DNA of 64,000 nt from Octopus bimaculoides (GCF_001194135.2 NC_068992.1:49835346-49899345); one strand, 5' to 3'. Shown: positions 12,865 to 27,090, numbered from the stretch's first letter. Notes: generated by a model from the letters alone, not told the origin. A program made the numbers and translations.

Positions 12865-13560
12865 GGTGATGGTCGTGGTGTTGATGATGATGATGATGAC
12901 AATGATGATGGTGGTGGCGTTGTTGTTATTTGTGGTGGTGATGGTCGTGGTAATGATGACAACGACGACGACGAAAACGGCTACAATGATATTGCCAATG
13001 ATAACGATGACCATGAAAAGACAATGATGACGACGACGATGATGATGATGGTGATGACAGTGACGACGACGATGTTGACGGGCATCACGATCACCATGAC
13101 GACAACAATGCCACCGACGCTGACGACGATTATGATAATGATGACAGTGATGACGATGATGATGATGACGATGACGACGATGGTACCAACGCTGACGACG
13201 TTTATGATAATAATGACAGTGATGGTGATGACGACGACGATGGTGATGATGACGACGACGGTGATGATGACGATGATGACGATGATGATGACGACGACGA
13301 TGGTACCAACGCTGACGACGTTTATGATAATAATGACAGTGATGACGATGACGACGATGGTGATGACGACGATGGTGATGATGACGACGGTGATGTTGAT
13401 GATGACGATGATGGTGATGACGACGACGGTGATGACAGTGACGACGATGATGTTGACGGGCATCACGATCACCATGACGACGACAACAATGCCACTGACG
13501 ATGATTATGATAATGATGACAGTGATAACGACGATGACGACGACGATGATGATGAGATGG
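12865..13560. repeat. Degenerate (GAT/GAC)n trinucleotide array with higher-order duplicated units
   Basis: Unit ggtaccaacgctgacgacgtttatgataataatgacagt occurs twice 120 bp apart; unit gttgacgggcatcacgatcaccatgacgac occurs twice 378 bp apart. Confidence 0.85.
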
Positions 13561-14021
13561 ATGCAGGCTTAGAAGAAGAAAATGGAGTTGATCGGAAGAT
13601 TCTGATAGGAAAAAAAAAAGCCAACAAACTACGCGAAAATATTTAGAAACGTGGACGACTTTTTCTTCTTGTTTACTTTTGTTTATATTTGTTATTCGTG
13701 TTGCTTGTGTTTCTGTTGTTTTTGCTGTGATGTTGTGTGTCTTGTCTTGATTTTATTTTCATTCGGAGAATGGAAAGCTTTTAACGTTAAAAATTCGGTA
13801 ACAGGAAAATTTCATTGAAATAAAATGTTTTAAGAACCATTTAGCTATGATGAGATAAAAAAAAAAAAAAGTTACTCTTTTTTCCAACAAGTCTTCTGCA
13901 AGGAAACGAATGTGTATATGCGACAGTATGTATATGCATGTGCGAGTGTGCGCGTGTATGTATGTATGTATGTATGTATAATATATGAATGTAAGTACGA
14001 TATATAAATATATATATATGC

Positions 14022-14067
<46 letters not shown>

Positions 14068-14820
14068 ACATATATGCAGACACACACACACAACCACACA
14101 TATATACATACACGTACACATTTATATATATGTGCGTATACAGACAAGCGCACATATGTATATATTCATAAATACACATATGTATAAATATACATATATA
14201 TACACACACACATGTATAGATATACATACATATATATATACATACATATACATACATATATATATACATACATATACATACATATATATATACATACATA
14301 TACATACATATATATACATACATATACATACACACACACATATACATACATATATACACANNNNNNNNNNNNNNNNNNNNNNNNNNNNNNNNNNNNNNNN
14401 NNNNNNNNNNNNNNNNNNNNNNNNNNNNNNNNNNNNNNNNNNNNNNNNNNNNNNNNNNNNNNNNNNNNNNNNNNNNNNNNNNNNNNNNNNNNNNNNNNNN
14501 NNNNNNNNNNNNNNNNNNNNNNNNNNNNNNNNNNNNNNNNNNNNNNNNNNNNNNNNNNNNNNNNNNNNNNNNNNNNNNNNNNNNNNNNNNNNNNNNNNNN
14601 NNNNNNNNNNNNNNNNNNNNNNNNNNNNNNNNNNNNNNNNNNNNNNNNNNNNNNNNNNNNNNNNNNNNNNNNNNNNNNNNNNNNNNNNNNNNNNNNNNNN
14701 NNNNNNGTGTGCATGTTTGTATATATGTGTATATGCTCTATATTCACCCGGTGCTCTCTCTAAATTAGCAGTATATTGACTTCTAATAATTGGTTATTAC
14801 TACCACTATGCTAAAGTGAA

Positions 14821-14876
<56 letters not shown>

Positions 14877-15994
14877 TATACATACGTATAATACACATAC
14901 ATACATACATACATACATATGTGCGTTTGTGTGTAAATGAAATTTTCCTTGATATATTGAATGGGAACTTTCCTCCTAACCACAAACATCGCTACATTTT
15001 TAACAAGTATACGGTTAAATTTTCTTTCGCTACTACACTAAATTTAACGGATATTATAAAATACTAATCCCTCTAAAATGAATAAGTATAATAAAAATAA
15101 CACACGGTCGCGCACACAGTAAAAACTCTGATACATCCTACTTATCTGTATAGCGCCAAAGTGAGTGAGATTCAGAATGTAGAAAACAATAGCAAAAATA
15201 CAAAACATATTCCCATAAATGTAGTACTGCCATACTTCTCAAGAGTAATAAAATTTATGGTAACTTAATTAATGGACATGATATAAAAGATGACAATTTT
15301 GTACACTTAGTAAAAATATCGTAAGAAATTTGCACTAGTAATAACCGTAAAATAACAATAATAACCAAATACACACGAATTCAAACTTTTTACAATCTAC
15401 CAACATATGTAGTAATGTTAGTAAATCTAATACTGGATGTTAAATCAGTAGAGAACAAGAAGATAGCGTAGGTAGTGGCAAAAATATTCTTTCTAGGGTG
15501 GAAACTTCAGACCTATATAAACGTGAGTCAACTTTACAAAATATTGTCTTGCATTGTGACTGTAGAACGACTCCTACTTGTTCTTTCAGAGCAGTAGTAC
15601 TCAACCACTTTTTATCTATGAACTCCTTTGATTACTATTTTATTCTGATGGGTCCCTATTTAATGTTTAGAAACTAATTTTATAGATACTGCTTTCAAAA
15701 TACCCATTTTGTTCATTACACATTCACTTGAACTTTGTAAAATATTAGAGAAATGAACCTAGATGTTTCTTTGCGACAAATACATCTATAGCAAAAGTTT
15801 TCATGGACCCTTAAAATAACACTGTGGACCCAATTTACTATTTTACTTATGTGGACCCCTCTCCCAAATCTGATATGGAGTCTTAGGGTTCAGATGGGCT
15901 CCCGGTTGAGAACCACTGTTTTAGAGTAACTGTTTGACAGGCAACGTTATCTATATGTATAGCTTCATTACAGCAAAGTCCTTAGTCCATCCCG

Positions 15995-16520
15995 TGTCTG
16001 GTGGCGCATTGGGCAGACAACAACCTCCACTGATCTCTATTGGCAGCCTCTCTCTCGATGTTTTCCCGTTTTCTGTTTATTACTGCTATGTCTGCTTTGA
16101 ACGATCTGCGCCATGTTGTTTTTGGTCTTCCACTCTTTCTCTTTCCGCCAGGCGGTTCCCATCTAAATGCTATTTTAACGTTGGTCTGGTATACGGAAAA
16201 TATGCCTGGCTAGTCTCATTCTTCTCTGCCACCACGATGTCTTGTGCTCGCTGTAGGAGTGCAGTATTTGTGATGTGGTCGCGAGAGGATATCTTCAATA
16301 TTTTCCGCAAGACCCTCTGATGGAATACATCCAGTTTCTTGGATATTGTTGATGTTACTTTCCAAGTTTCACTGGCATACAGTGCTGTTGGTAACACGAT
16401 GGTGCTGTATATACGCAGTTTTATTTTCAAACCAATGCTTTTACTTGCCCAGATTTTCCCCATCTTTCTGAAAACTGCTGCAGCTTTGCCAACTCTCACT
16501 TTGACATCACCATCTGTCGC
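15995..16520 (-). mobile_element. RTE-clade LINE 3' fragment (RT C-terminus)
   Basis: DGDVKVRVGKAAAVFRKMGKIWASKSIGLKIKLRIYSTIVLPTALYASETW...FHQRVLRKILKI is the typical RTE/BovB C-terminal motif. Confidence 0.9.
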
Positions 16521-16619
16521 AGATGGTGATGTCTACTTTTGCAGAAAAAAGTGTTGGCGGCCAGTTAGCTGGTGCCAACACTTTTTTCTGCAAAAATAGG
16601 GGTAATTATTATTATTATT

Positions 16620-16885
16620 ATTGGAGAAAGGGCTCTGTACCCCTTTCTTATTTTCTGACCAGGTTCCCGTGGCTTTTATGGGTTTTTCCACGTGTCACCT
16701 TTCGAAGCGCCTCCCCCTATTGGGAGTTTAATTTGTTATATCTTTCTTTGTTTTCCTCACCGTTTACACGAACGTTTTCTTTTCGGACAAAACCCTTTGT
16801 AACTTTTGTCCTGTCTTACATGTTTTTAATTTATATTAGCCCTTATAGCCAATAAAACTAGGATTGATTATTATTATTATTATTT
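16620..16885 (+). mobile_element. Probable LINE 3' UTR ending in AATAAA and an (ATT)n tail
   Basis: ...ccttatagccAATAAAactaggattgattattattattat, flanked on both sides by (ATT)n. Confidence 0.4.
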
Positions 16886-17219
16886 AACCAGTTAACAAAT
16901 CGCTTGCTTGATCAATAAATCAGTAAGTTGGTTTGACAAAATCTTTGCATTGCCAATCGCAACTTCATCAATGACAATCCTTAATTTCTTCTGATCTGTC
17001 TAGTTGTCTCCATATAATACATACATACATACATACATACATACATACATTTTAGCTGCTTTCTCGTATACGAGCAAAGCCATTGCTAGAAAGAATCATT
17101 GAAATGAGTCAATATTGATGCAATGTGAGGTCCTTGTATGATTCTGGAGCCCGGCGATCCAAAGTCACTCAGTCCTACATTCAAAGTATATACAAATCTG
17201 CAGTTAGACACCAGTGCAC

Positions 17220-17250
<31 letters not shown>

Positions 17251-17592
17251 TGTGTGTAACAGTATCTGTACGTATGACTCTAATACCAGAGTATTCAGTT
17301 GATATAAATGGAGGAACTAAGTTACGATGAGTAAAATATCACAGAATTATTTTAGTAAATAAATAATTCAGTCAGTTTTATTGCTTATCAGAGAAACATT
17401 TATCATAACCACGTTTACACTTGCATATTTCTCCACCACCACCACACACACATATATATACATATGTATTACTCTGTACACAAAAATATGCATAGGTAGG
17501 TTACGCATCTATAATTGAAATGGCTTTTTCTTGAAAAGCTGGGAGCTATCTGCAAATGTATGATGCATTTATATGGACACACAATCGTATAC

Positions 17593-17639
<47 letters not shown>

Positions 17640-17752
17640 CATCTGTGTGTATATACACATATGTATGTATGTATATATGAATGCATGTATGTATGTATGT
17701 ATACGTATATAAATGTATGTGCGCTTTTGTCTGTATGTGTGTATGAGTGAGT

Positions 17753-17783
<31 letters not shown>

Positions 17784-18507
17784 NNNNNNNNNNNNNNNNN
17801 NNNNNNNNNNNNNNNNNNNNNNNNNNNNNNNNNNNNNNNNNNNNNNNNNNNNNNNNNNNNNNNNNNNNNNNNNNNNNNNNNNNNNNNNNNNNNNNNNNNN
17901 NNNNNNNNNNNNNNNNNNNNNNNNNNNNNNNNNNNNNNNNNNNNNNNNNNNNNNNNNNNNNNNNNNNNNNNNNNNNNNNNNNNNNNNNNNNNNNNNNNNN
18001 NNNNNNNCCCACCCCACCCCCACCCCCATCATCATCATCAGCAGCACTATCACCACCATCGCAACCAACAACACCAACACCATGACCATCACCACAAACA
18101 ACCGTCACCACCGCTACAAACACCAAAGCCAACAGTACAAACAGAAATTTATGCAAGTACTACTTTTTGTATAAAGTCGCATACGACATCATATCCTGCA
18201 GCGACACCAAATCACAATGCACTGCAACGCGCTGGACTGCATGCTGCACTAACATAAACATTTTTGCACACACAATAAGTGCGTGCGTGCGTGAGTGCGT
18301 ACGCACGTGCACACACAGACACACACACTGACACACACACAGACACACACACAGACACACACACAGACACACACACAGACACTTCACTTCTAAATCACGC
18401 TTTACAAGAGACTTAAATGCGTGGTTTTTATACATATGAACATCTGTATGAACAGTGTAAATATATATTGGGTTGGTGCATAATTACTGTGGCTTTTTTC
18501 TTCAACA

Positions 18508-18660
18508 AATTTTATTCAACGAAAACAGTAACAATATTTAACAAAAACATATTTAAATGACGGTATGATCGTCTGCCAAGCAAATGGAAAGCAGTAATTG
18601 AAGTAGATGGTGAATATGCTCCGGAATAATCATTTAAAGATGTTTTTGTTGCATGTTATT
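18508..18660. mobile_element. Mariner-derived MITE fragment
   Basis: Begins tattgggttggtgcataatt (mariner-type TIR) and contains a mariner C-terminal remnant (aaatggaaagcagtaattgaagtagatggtgaatat). Confidence 0.6.
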
Positions 18661-18664
18661 GTTT

Positions 18665-18755
18665 TTGTAAAACTACGGATAGAAGACAGCGTGTACTCCA
18701 TCCCATGCAGCTGTGGTAGGTTATACAAAGGCGAAACGTGCCGCCCCTCAAAAGC
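18665..18755 (+). mobile_element. Penelope-like element GIY-YIG endonuclease fragment
   Basis: Translates DSVYSIPCSCGRLYKGETCRPLK, matching the PLE 'GVYxIPCxCGxxYIGETGRxL' motif. Confidence 0.75.
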
Positions 18756-20486
18756 AATTGTTACTCAAAGGGTGTAACTTATGAGCGAAGAAAACTAGAG
18801 ACAACATAACCATAAATAAAATGTCATCTTGTTTAAAACACCTGATTCAACCACAATGTAAACTCTTAACTTAAATTTAATTTCAAATCATTTCCCCATC
18901 GGCAATAAACAGCATAAGCTAACTAATCGTTAGGACATCCAAGTGACCTTTAGTTGATTTCCTAGCTTTCGTGACATCGTTGCAAATATTAACCGCACAG
19001 AACCGTTACATACTTTTAGCAAATATGCACCAAGTGTCCACATGAATGTATTAATAGTTAGACACTATCAACAAATATTGACGTTTACGCAACTACTGAG
19101 ATAACCAACTATGTCATTGACAAAAGGTAGAATTGTGTACCCTCGATCATAAATGTAATCCCGAAGCAAATGTTTATGAAGTTGGTGCGATTTTCCGTAT
19201 TCCCAAGAATTGGATCTCATTACATTATACATAGGTATGGATAAAAGATCCTTTAAGACCCTATACATGAATGACAATTCTATCTTTAAATTTGCAATCA
19301 AGAGAAATTCCACAGCCCTCTCAAGCTATATATAGCAACTAGAAGAGGCATTCCAATTTTAAAATTTCAATTGGACAATCTCAGTTCGAAGCAATTCATT
19401 AATTAATAAGAAGGATTTCTGCAACTATCGCATCGAAAATGAATTTCAAATATGAATTAAAGTAACATACGCTGTGAGTGACTGAGTTAATAGGTCGTCA
19501 AGAAAACAAGTTTTATCTTTATAACAACCATAACTGAAAGCTAGTAACAATATTAATTTGCCAATTAGAGGTCGTTGCCTAGCTTGGAATTTACTAACGT
19601 GTGTGCACAGTCGGTATTTTCTCTCATACTTCACATAATTTCTTCAAGGTTTACACAATTCATTCCCATACATAGAGTAGGTACATTTGTGGAAATCGTT
19701 GGTGAATATACCATAACATTACCATTTTATTTTTTCTTATAATCATTTTAGTCATTACTTCTTACATTTATCTTATTATTGAACGCTAGCAGAATTTCAT
19801 TGGTAAATTTCCACGTCTCTCTTTTAAAAAACGGTATTTCCTCTTTTCCGAACATCAATCCACGGGCGCATTTTTTTTCACATGAAAATTTCTACTTTTC
19901 CTTGAAATTCTTCTTGTTTAATTAACCTCTTTTCCAGAATAAGGCCATTTAAAATTATAACACCTTTCTTTTACGTTTCAACAATATCGTTTTAAATTTC
20001 CAAAAAAAGTCCGACATAATAATTTTCATTTCTCAATGAAATCCTTACTATATTTTCATTGCATTTTTCCCTGTCAGCTCCACTCTTAAAAATAATGCTT
20101 GCGCTCACAGTTTTATGATGATTTCATTTCAATTTTCGTACAGACCCTTATCAGTAATTCCACATTTCTCTTCGGCTACGTTTTTGTCCTTTCTCAATGA
20201 GATTTAATTAAAACTTGTTGCTTTTTGAGACGCTTAGTAGAGAGCTACTATTAGGTGATACACTGAAAAGCGACGTCGTGGAACGAAAGAGGTGTCAACG
20301 CTATCCGCCGCATCTTTAAAAAGTCCTGAGAAAAGATGACAAGCAAAATATCATGATGAGGTACATGAAAATGCATCTATAACAGCACAAAAGCAACAAA
20401 TAAGTACCTCTCACCGCATCTCACATCATTTTATCTATCTATCTATCTGTCTGCTTGTCTGTCCGTGTCTATGCCTCCATCCACCC

Positions 20487-20519
<33 letters not shown>

Positions 20520-23500
20520 CCTCCCACTCTTCTCTTTTGCAACCCCCGTTTTTTAACGAAGGTCAATAAATATTTGTTTCTTTTCTTGTCATTTCGTTTC
20601 ATTTTCAGAACAGACCCTTATCAGTTTAAACCACCTTAAATTTCAAACCCGTCTTTATCGTCTCTCAATGAGGTTTAATTAATATTTGTTTCTTTAACTT
20701 AATTTAATCTTTCTGAGAGGTTTTGAATGTATGGACTCCTTTTATTTAGAGTCTCAAATATAATTGAAAGGGGCCATCTCTCACTTTCACACAGAAATGG
20801 CAGCAGTTTACCTTTTTTGTTTGCTCAGTCTGGATGCTAGGTACATCGATAATCCTTTTGGTCACAATACTTTTTGACTAAGTCGGGAAATCTTCTTGTG
20901 AAAGTTCTGACGAGCTTTCCGACACGTCTCCAAATATTTCATACATTTTGTTGTGCGTTTTGGTAACGGGGGAATCAAAAATTCTTTTTTCGGGGGAATC
21001 CATTGGTTTTTTTACTTGTAGTTGGCTCCTCACCAGACAACAAAAAATTCTTCGTCTCACCAGACATTTCTGTGCCAACGTTAGGCCCCTCGCTAGACGA
21101 CATTTTAACCCCCAACGGGGGAATGAACAAACGTGTGCTTTCTACAAGCACTTAGTGTTTTCAAATAAAAACTCCAACGGTTAGAAATTTAACAGAAACA
21201 GTAGTTAATAAAAGAGTAGTTATTATAAATAATAACACCAATAAACAGCAATTTTCACCACGAACACATGTGCGACGCGTAACCAACAAACTCACGGAGC
21301 CGTTATACCACAAAGCATTTCGCCCGGCGTGCTAACGATTCTGCCAGCTCGCCGTCTTCCTACCGTTACAATAATGAAGACAGAAAAACAAAAATAAAGC
21401 TAAAAAAGAAAATTAGTAAGTCTTTCAAGATATCTACTTACGTTTCTGTTCGATTCAAGCAATACATAATTTCTAATTCTATAGATATTCACGTCAATAG
21501 ATTATTCTACAGTAATAACCACAAGCGAAAGATTTCAAACATGTTATTCAGAAAGATAAATACAGATTCCATGCATCTTATTACAAACAATAAAATGAAT
21601 GCTTTCTGTTCACTTTTGCTACACATTGACGAGTTTCCATTATAAAGCTCACGTTTTGGATATATCACTTTTCTGAAATCTCTTAAGAGGCACTGTTTCA
21701 ATTGCTATTTCACTGATAGTCAATACTAAACAAAACGGCAGAGGAGAGAAATAATATTATGTCACACACATTAAAAAGGGAAGTCGTATGAAGGGCGACG
21801 AACTCTCCAGAGCAAAGATTGCAAACACAATATGACGACAGAACACGTGAAAATACAGTTATAAGTAATAACATAAAAAGGCAACCAAAACACACTTTTC
21901 ACCATTTTTATCTATCTATCTATCTTGTCTTTATTTTTTATTCTTTTCTTTCGTTTTTAGCTTTCATTCTTGTTCTTATTCTTTCTTATCTCTTTATATA
22001 TTTCTGTCTTTTTCTTTTTCCTATTCTCTTCTTTCCTTCTTCCTTCCTTTCTCTTTCTTTTTCTCCTTCGTTCCTTTTTCTTTCTTTCCTTCTCCTATTA
22101 TACATTACCTCCTTTTATATTTCCTTTCCTCTTCTTAGCTGCCTTTCCAATCGCCATTCATTCTTCTGTCCACTTCTCAGTCATTCTCTTTCTTTCTAAT
22201 CGCTGTGTGTTCACGCAATCTTTCGCCTACGTAACAGCATGTTTACTTAGCTATCATATTTATATATTTAACTGACTGCATCCTTGGAAATTCCATGGAT
22301 GTTTAGAAAACTATCAAATTGTTGGAAGTTTAATGAAAAGTAGGTGATCCATAGTTTCATTTGAAATTGCATTTTCTGAATTTATTTTTTGAGATGGCGT
22401 GATTGGTTACGAGAAACTCTGTTATCGGATCTGTTCAGTTTGGCTCACAGAATTAAATTTTTTTTTTTTAACTAAACAGTTTGAAACTTCGCATACCGGT
22501 ATAATTTCTCACGCAGAACACGGTTTACTTTGAACATTTTTGATAAAATTTCGTGTTTGAGTAATTTTAACCAATCAACGTGTAATCAGTTGAAGAAACC
22601 TACTGCTGTTTGCTATAGTAATTAGAAAGAAACAACTTCCGGGTCATCTCTACTAAATGTCACCACTCTGTTCTATTTTTTTTTTTTTTTTACTGCCTGT
22701 GTTGCATATTACACGCTTTTTTCTTCTTCTTTTTGCTTCTCGCGTCGGAGTAACCAGTAAACGTCGAAGAATCAACACCAAGAAGGAAGAACTATTATTT
22801 ACATATGGTCATTCCGTTTTTTTTCTATTTTGAACATTTAGGGTAAACACTTATGTGTTGAGGGTGCTGCTGTACTCCGGCCCCGAATGCAGGACTCGAT
22901 GTCTTATCATGCAGTGAAGCAGCTCTGTAGGTGTTTCACGACACCAGCGCTGCCCAGTGCCATATACCGATGTAGGCGGCGAAACTCCCATACAAAAGCG
23001 CAAGCTATACCACAGCGATGAGGACTGACTTGCTACTAAATCGTTAGAAGACATTTTATGACATATTTGACTCTTGGACTAATGGAGATAAATTTAATTG
23101 ATTTATATCCCAGTAATCAAAGGCATGCATTAAAAAATGATTGGCCTCATTAACTTTATAAGCAGAGGAGAGAAAACGATAATTAGCAAATTTTAAGGCC
23201 TTTCGTGTTACCATTAGCATCAAGGAAATATTCGCAAAAGAAACAGTTGCAATTAGTCAAGAAAGGAAACCAGACTCACTATTTATGAAAAATACATAAT
23301 GAATGCAGGAATGCCCATGTGGTCAAGAAAGTTGATTTGCAACCATGTGGTTTCGGATTCAATTCCACTGCGCGGCACCTTGGGCAAATATCTTCTACGA
23401 GAGCCCCCCCCCCCAACCGAGTCGACCAGTGACTTGTGAGTGATTCTGATTGACGGAAACTTTGTGGAAGCCCGTCGCATATATATATATATATATATAT

Positions 23501-23620
23501 ATGTTTATAAACAGTTGTTTATAATTTTCACCTAAAAAGGCATTTTAATATGTTGGCCACTTGATGAAATTTTTGAAAAAAATTTATCCTATATTACAAG
23601 TATATGTATATATACATATA

Positions 23621-23673
<53 letters not shown>

Positions 23674-23742
23674 ATATAGAGAGAGAGAGAGGGAGAGGGG
23701 GAGAAAGAGAGAGAGAGAGAAAAAGAGAGAGAGAAAGATGAA

Positions 23743-24005
23743 AAGAAAATGGAGAATTATGGATGTATAAATAATTTATTTGTATGACATAATGAGGTTG
23801 AAAGATTTTTTTATAAAAACAATACAAATAAATTATAAATTATAAAGCTGTAAAAGAAATGGCAGATGCCAAATATCTATATCTGCCTTTTCTTTTAGAG
23901 CTTTATAATTTATAATTTATTTGTATTGTTTTTATAAAAAAATCTCTCAACCACATTATGTCACACAAATAAATTATTTATGGGTCCATAATTCTCCATT
24001 TTCTT
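23743..24005. repeat. Large AT-rich palindrome / fold-back MITE-like element (125-bp arms, 13-nt loop)
   Basis: Arms 23743-23867 and 23881-24005 are reverse complements with about 8 mismatches. Confidence 0.9.
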
Positions 24006-24592
24006 CCTCTCATCATTATGAACAATATGTATTACCATAATAATCCCTAACATAACACCGAGATTTCTTCTTATATGATAGTGAATAATCCGTGAAATTT
24101 TGGGATTATTTAATCCTTAATAAGGACCTGACATCCTCGGATTGACTACACATACACATACACACATGCATACATACATACGTACGAGGAACTTTTCAGC
24201 ACCCCCTCGTACATACGTATGTATGTATGTATGTATGTATGCATGCATGCATGTATGTATGTGTGTATGTATGTATGTATTTGTGTGTGTGTGTAGTATA
24301 TATATATATAATCCAAGAAAATTAGGGGTTGTGAATCCAACCCACAAAGAGATAATATCTATCCAATATTCTGCCGGAAGGATACCCAATTATTATTACA
24401 CTAGTGTTATTACCAAGTGTAATAAATGGGTGCAGGTAAAAGTAAATTTTACCCTTAATTTATATAGCAATAAGAAAATGGAGGGGAATATGTGGTATTC
24501 ATCAACTTTCAGACATTGTATTATGTCAATTTACCTGTTTATTTTTCCACTAAGAGGACAATAAAAACACATGTCACATGTGTTTGTATATT

Positions 24593-24627
<35 letters not shown>

Positions 24628-25549
24628 TAGTAGTAGTAGTAGAGGGTGAAATTTTTAGCCTAAACACTTCACAGCAGTGTCCCAGCACGGTGCAATCCAA
24701 GGACTGAAGCAAGTAAACGGTGAAAGATATGTTGAGAGGTTTTACTTAATAACAAATTGAACAACCACCCACTTACCAAAACCTTTTTTTTCTTTCACGG
24801 CTTTTTTTTTTTTTTTTTTTTTTTTTTTTCTTGCCTCTTTGTCTCTTTTGCCTTTGTTACGACACTGAACAAAGTCAATTATCTCACAAAAGGAATTTAA
24901 TTTTTACCAGAGCTAATATTTGCATAAGAACAACCAAATAATACAACAGTATCCATACCATATGACAGCATCAACAATAAAGATAGTCGGGGTTACTCGT
25001 AACAAAAGAAAGATAAAAGCCTGAATTTTTCACAAATGAGGAAAAAAGTAATTAAAGTAATAAAAAAAAACGTATAATAAATTATAAGATTAACCGATTC
25101 TTTAAGAGTCAGAAGACTATGTGTGCGACATTTTTTTTTATTTTGAATTTTTGATATATTTTGTGCATTATTGATTTTGTTTGTGTTTTCATCAGGACAA
25201 AATGTTAATGATTTAATTATAATGGCTTGGGAATATAATGCATTCAAAACGATCGTTTTTAGTAAACCGATAATAATAAAACCATCGATCCCATAAGAAT
25301 GAAAGGGAAAACTTGGTTATGTGGGAATTTGAACTTACAAAGGAAAGATAAAGAAATAAATATTGTAAAGAATACAACCAAACGCAAACACCATTATATT
25401 TTTCTTTTGCTAAATATTTTCTCATCGTGAACATTCATACTCATGTGTGTGTGTGTGTGTACATGTGTGTCCGTGTGTGTGTGCGTGTGTGCGTGTGTGT
25501 GTGTGTGTGTGTGTGCATGCGTGTGCGAGTGTGTGTATAGGATAACTAT

Positions 25550-25750
25550 AAGGTGGCTAGCTGGCGGCATCATTACTGCATCGGACAAAATGCTTAGCGG
25601 CATTTCTTCCGACTCTTCACGTTCTCACTTCAAATTCCGGCGAGGCCGACTTTATTTTTCATCCTTTCGGAATTGATAAAATAACATAGAGGTAGGTGGA
25701 ATCGACTTCTTCCTCCTCACAAAGCTCTAACTTTGTACCAAAATTAGAAT
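25550..25750 (+). mobile_element. SINE family B (diverged)
   Basis: aaaatgcttagcggcatttcttcc...ttcaaattccggcgaggccgact. Confidence 0.75.
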
Positions 25751-26261
25751 ACATACACATGGATTTTTCGAAGGGAAGGTACAAGGTCAGATGGGAATAC
25801 AATTCCAGGAGAAAATAGCGTAATAATTTAGAAGGGCACACTTCTTTTCTTGTCTGAGTGCATGGTCAGTGATGGTCTTCTTTGCTCACGAGTGAACAGC
25901 AGTCACGAAAGTATGTCGGTCTCTCCCACTCTCTCTCCACCATACACTTTCTCTCTTTCTCGCTCTTCCCAGCGCACTCTCTCTCTCTTTCTTTTTCGCT
26001 CTCCCCTATACACTCTCTCTCTCTTTCTCGCTCTCCCCCTCACAAACACTCTCTCTCTCCCTCTCTTTCTTCATGTGTATGTTGATGCGTAGTATCTAAT
26101 ACGTCCCTCACAAAGTGAAAGTCGAACAATGAAGTAAATGATTGTTATATTTTCATCTACTGTCCACCAAAAATGGTTGTTTCGCAAAAATATATCTATA
26201 TTTATTTCAAAGAATTCGATAATGCAATGAGGACACACAAAATAGAAAGATAGATAGATAA

Positions 26262-26305
<44 letters not shown>

Positions 26306-27090
26306 GCAGGCAAGTAGGTAGGTAGGTGGATAGATAGATAGATGCTTATATAATTGCAAATATATATTGCAGTGCAGTTATTTCAAGAAGGAAAAAAGAG
26401 CACAGCATTCATCCGTGGAAACGGTAAATAGTCTATTTTCGCAGCTTTGTTACTCTTGAGAATGATGATGAATAAAATTATAAAAAGTGTGTTGAGTGAA
26501 GTAAAAATAATACCCTAGCAGTCGATATAGATCCATATTATTGAATACACACACACACACACATTATTTAATAAACACACTATATATTTTATGTGCTACT
26601 ACTAGTTTCATGCGCTGAGAGCATGCCAGGTAGTATTTTTTGATACTGGTGACCTAGCTCAATCATCACGCACTGCCCTTTTAGCACAACGAACTAAAAA
26701 TGGAAGACAGGTCGAGGAAAAAAGCAAGAATAAAGTAGATCTTCTTTTGTTGATCTTACCATCATGGAACAGTACGATGTGTGTGTGTGTGTATTAATTC
26801 ATCATTAGCAACAGAAGCAGTATTTGTTCAAAATAGTAATCTGTGTATCATGCTTAATGAAGATACATCGGTGAAAGCCTTATAAAACTGAGGTATTCTT
26901 CTCGAGAAAGAATCTGTTACAGATATATAGTGTAGGAAAACATAAATACATCAGTAGCAGACAAAATTCGTCCAGCAGCGTCGTAGCATGACTAAGTACG
27001 AATTTATTGTATATATATTACAATATATGTATGTATATGATATAAATAGTATATATTATAAAATAAATGTAATATATATTATGTATTAAA

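Noticed and set aside
18760-21270. Long non-repetitive-looking AT-rich block with an internal duplication (cagacccttatcagt...tctcaatgag at ~20141 and ~20611)
   Set aside because: Probably a decayed DNA transposon, but no transposase motif or TIR pair could be read with confidence.
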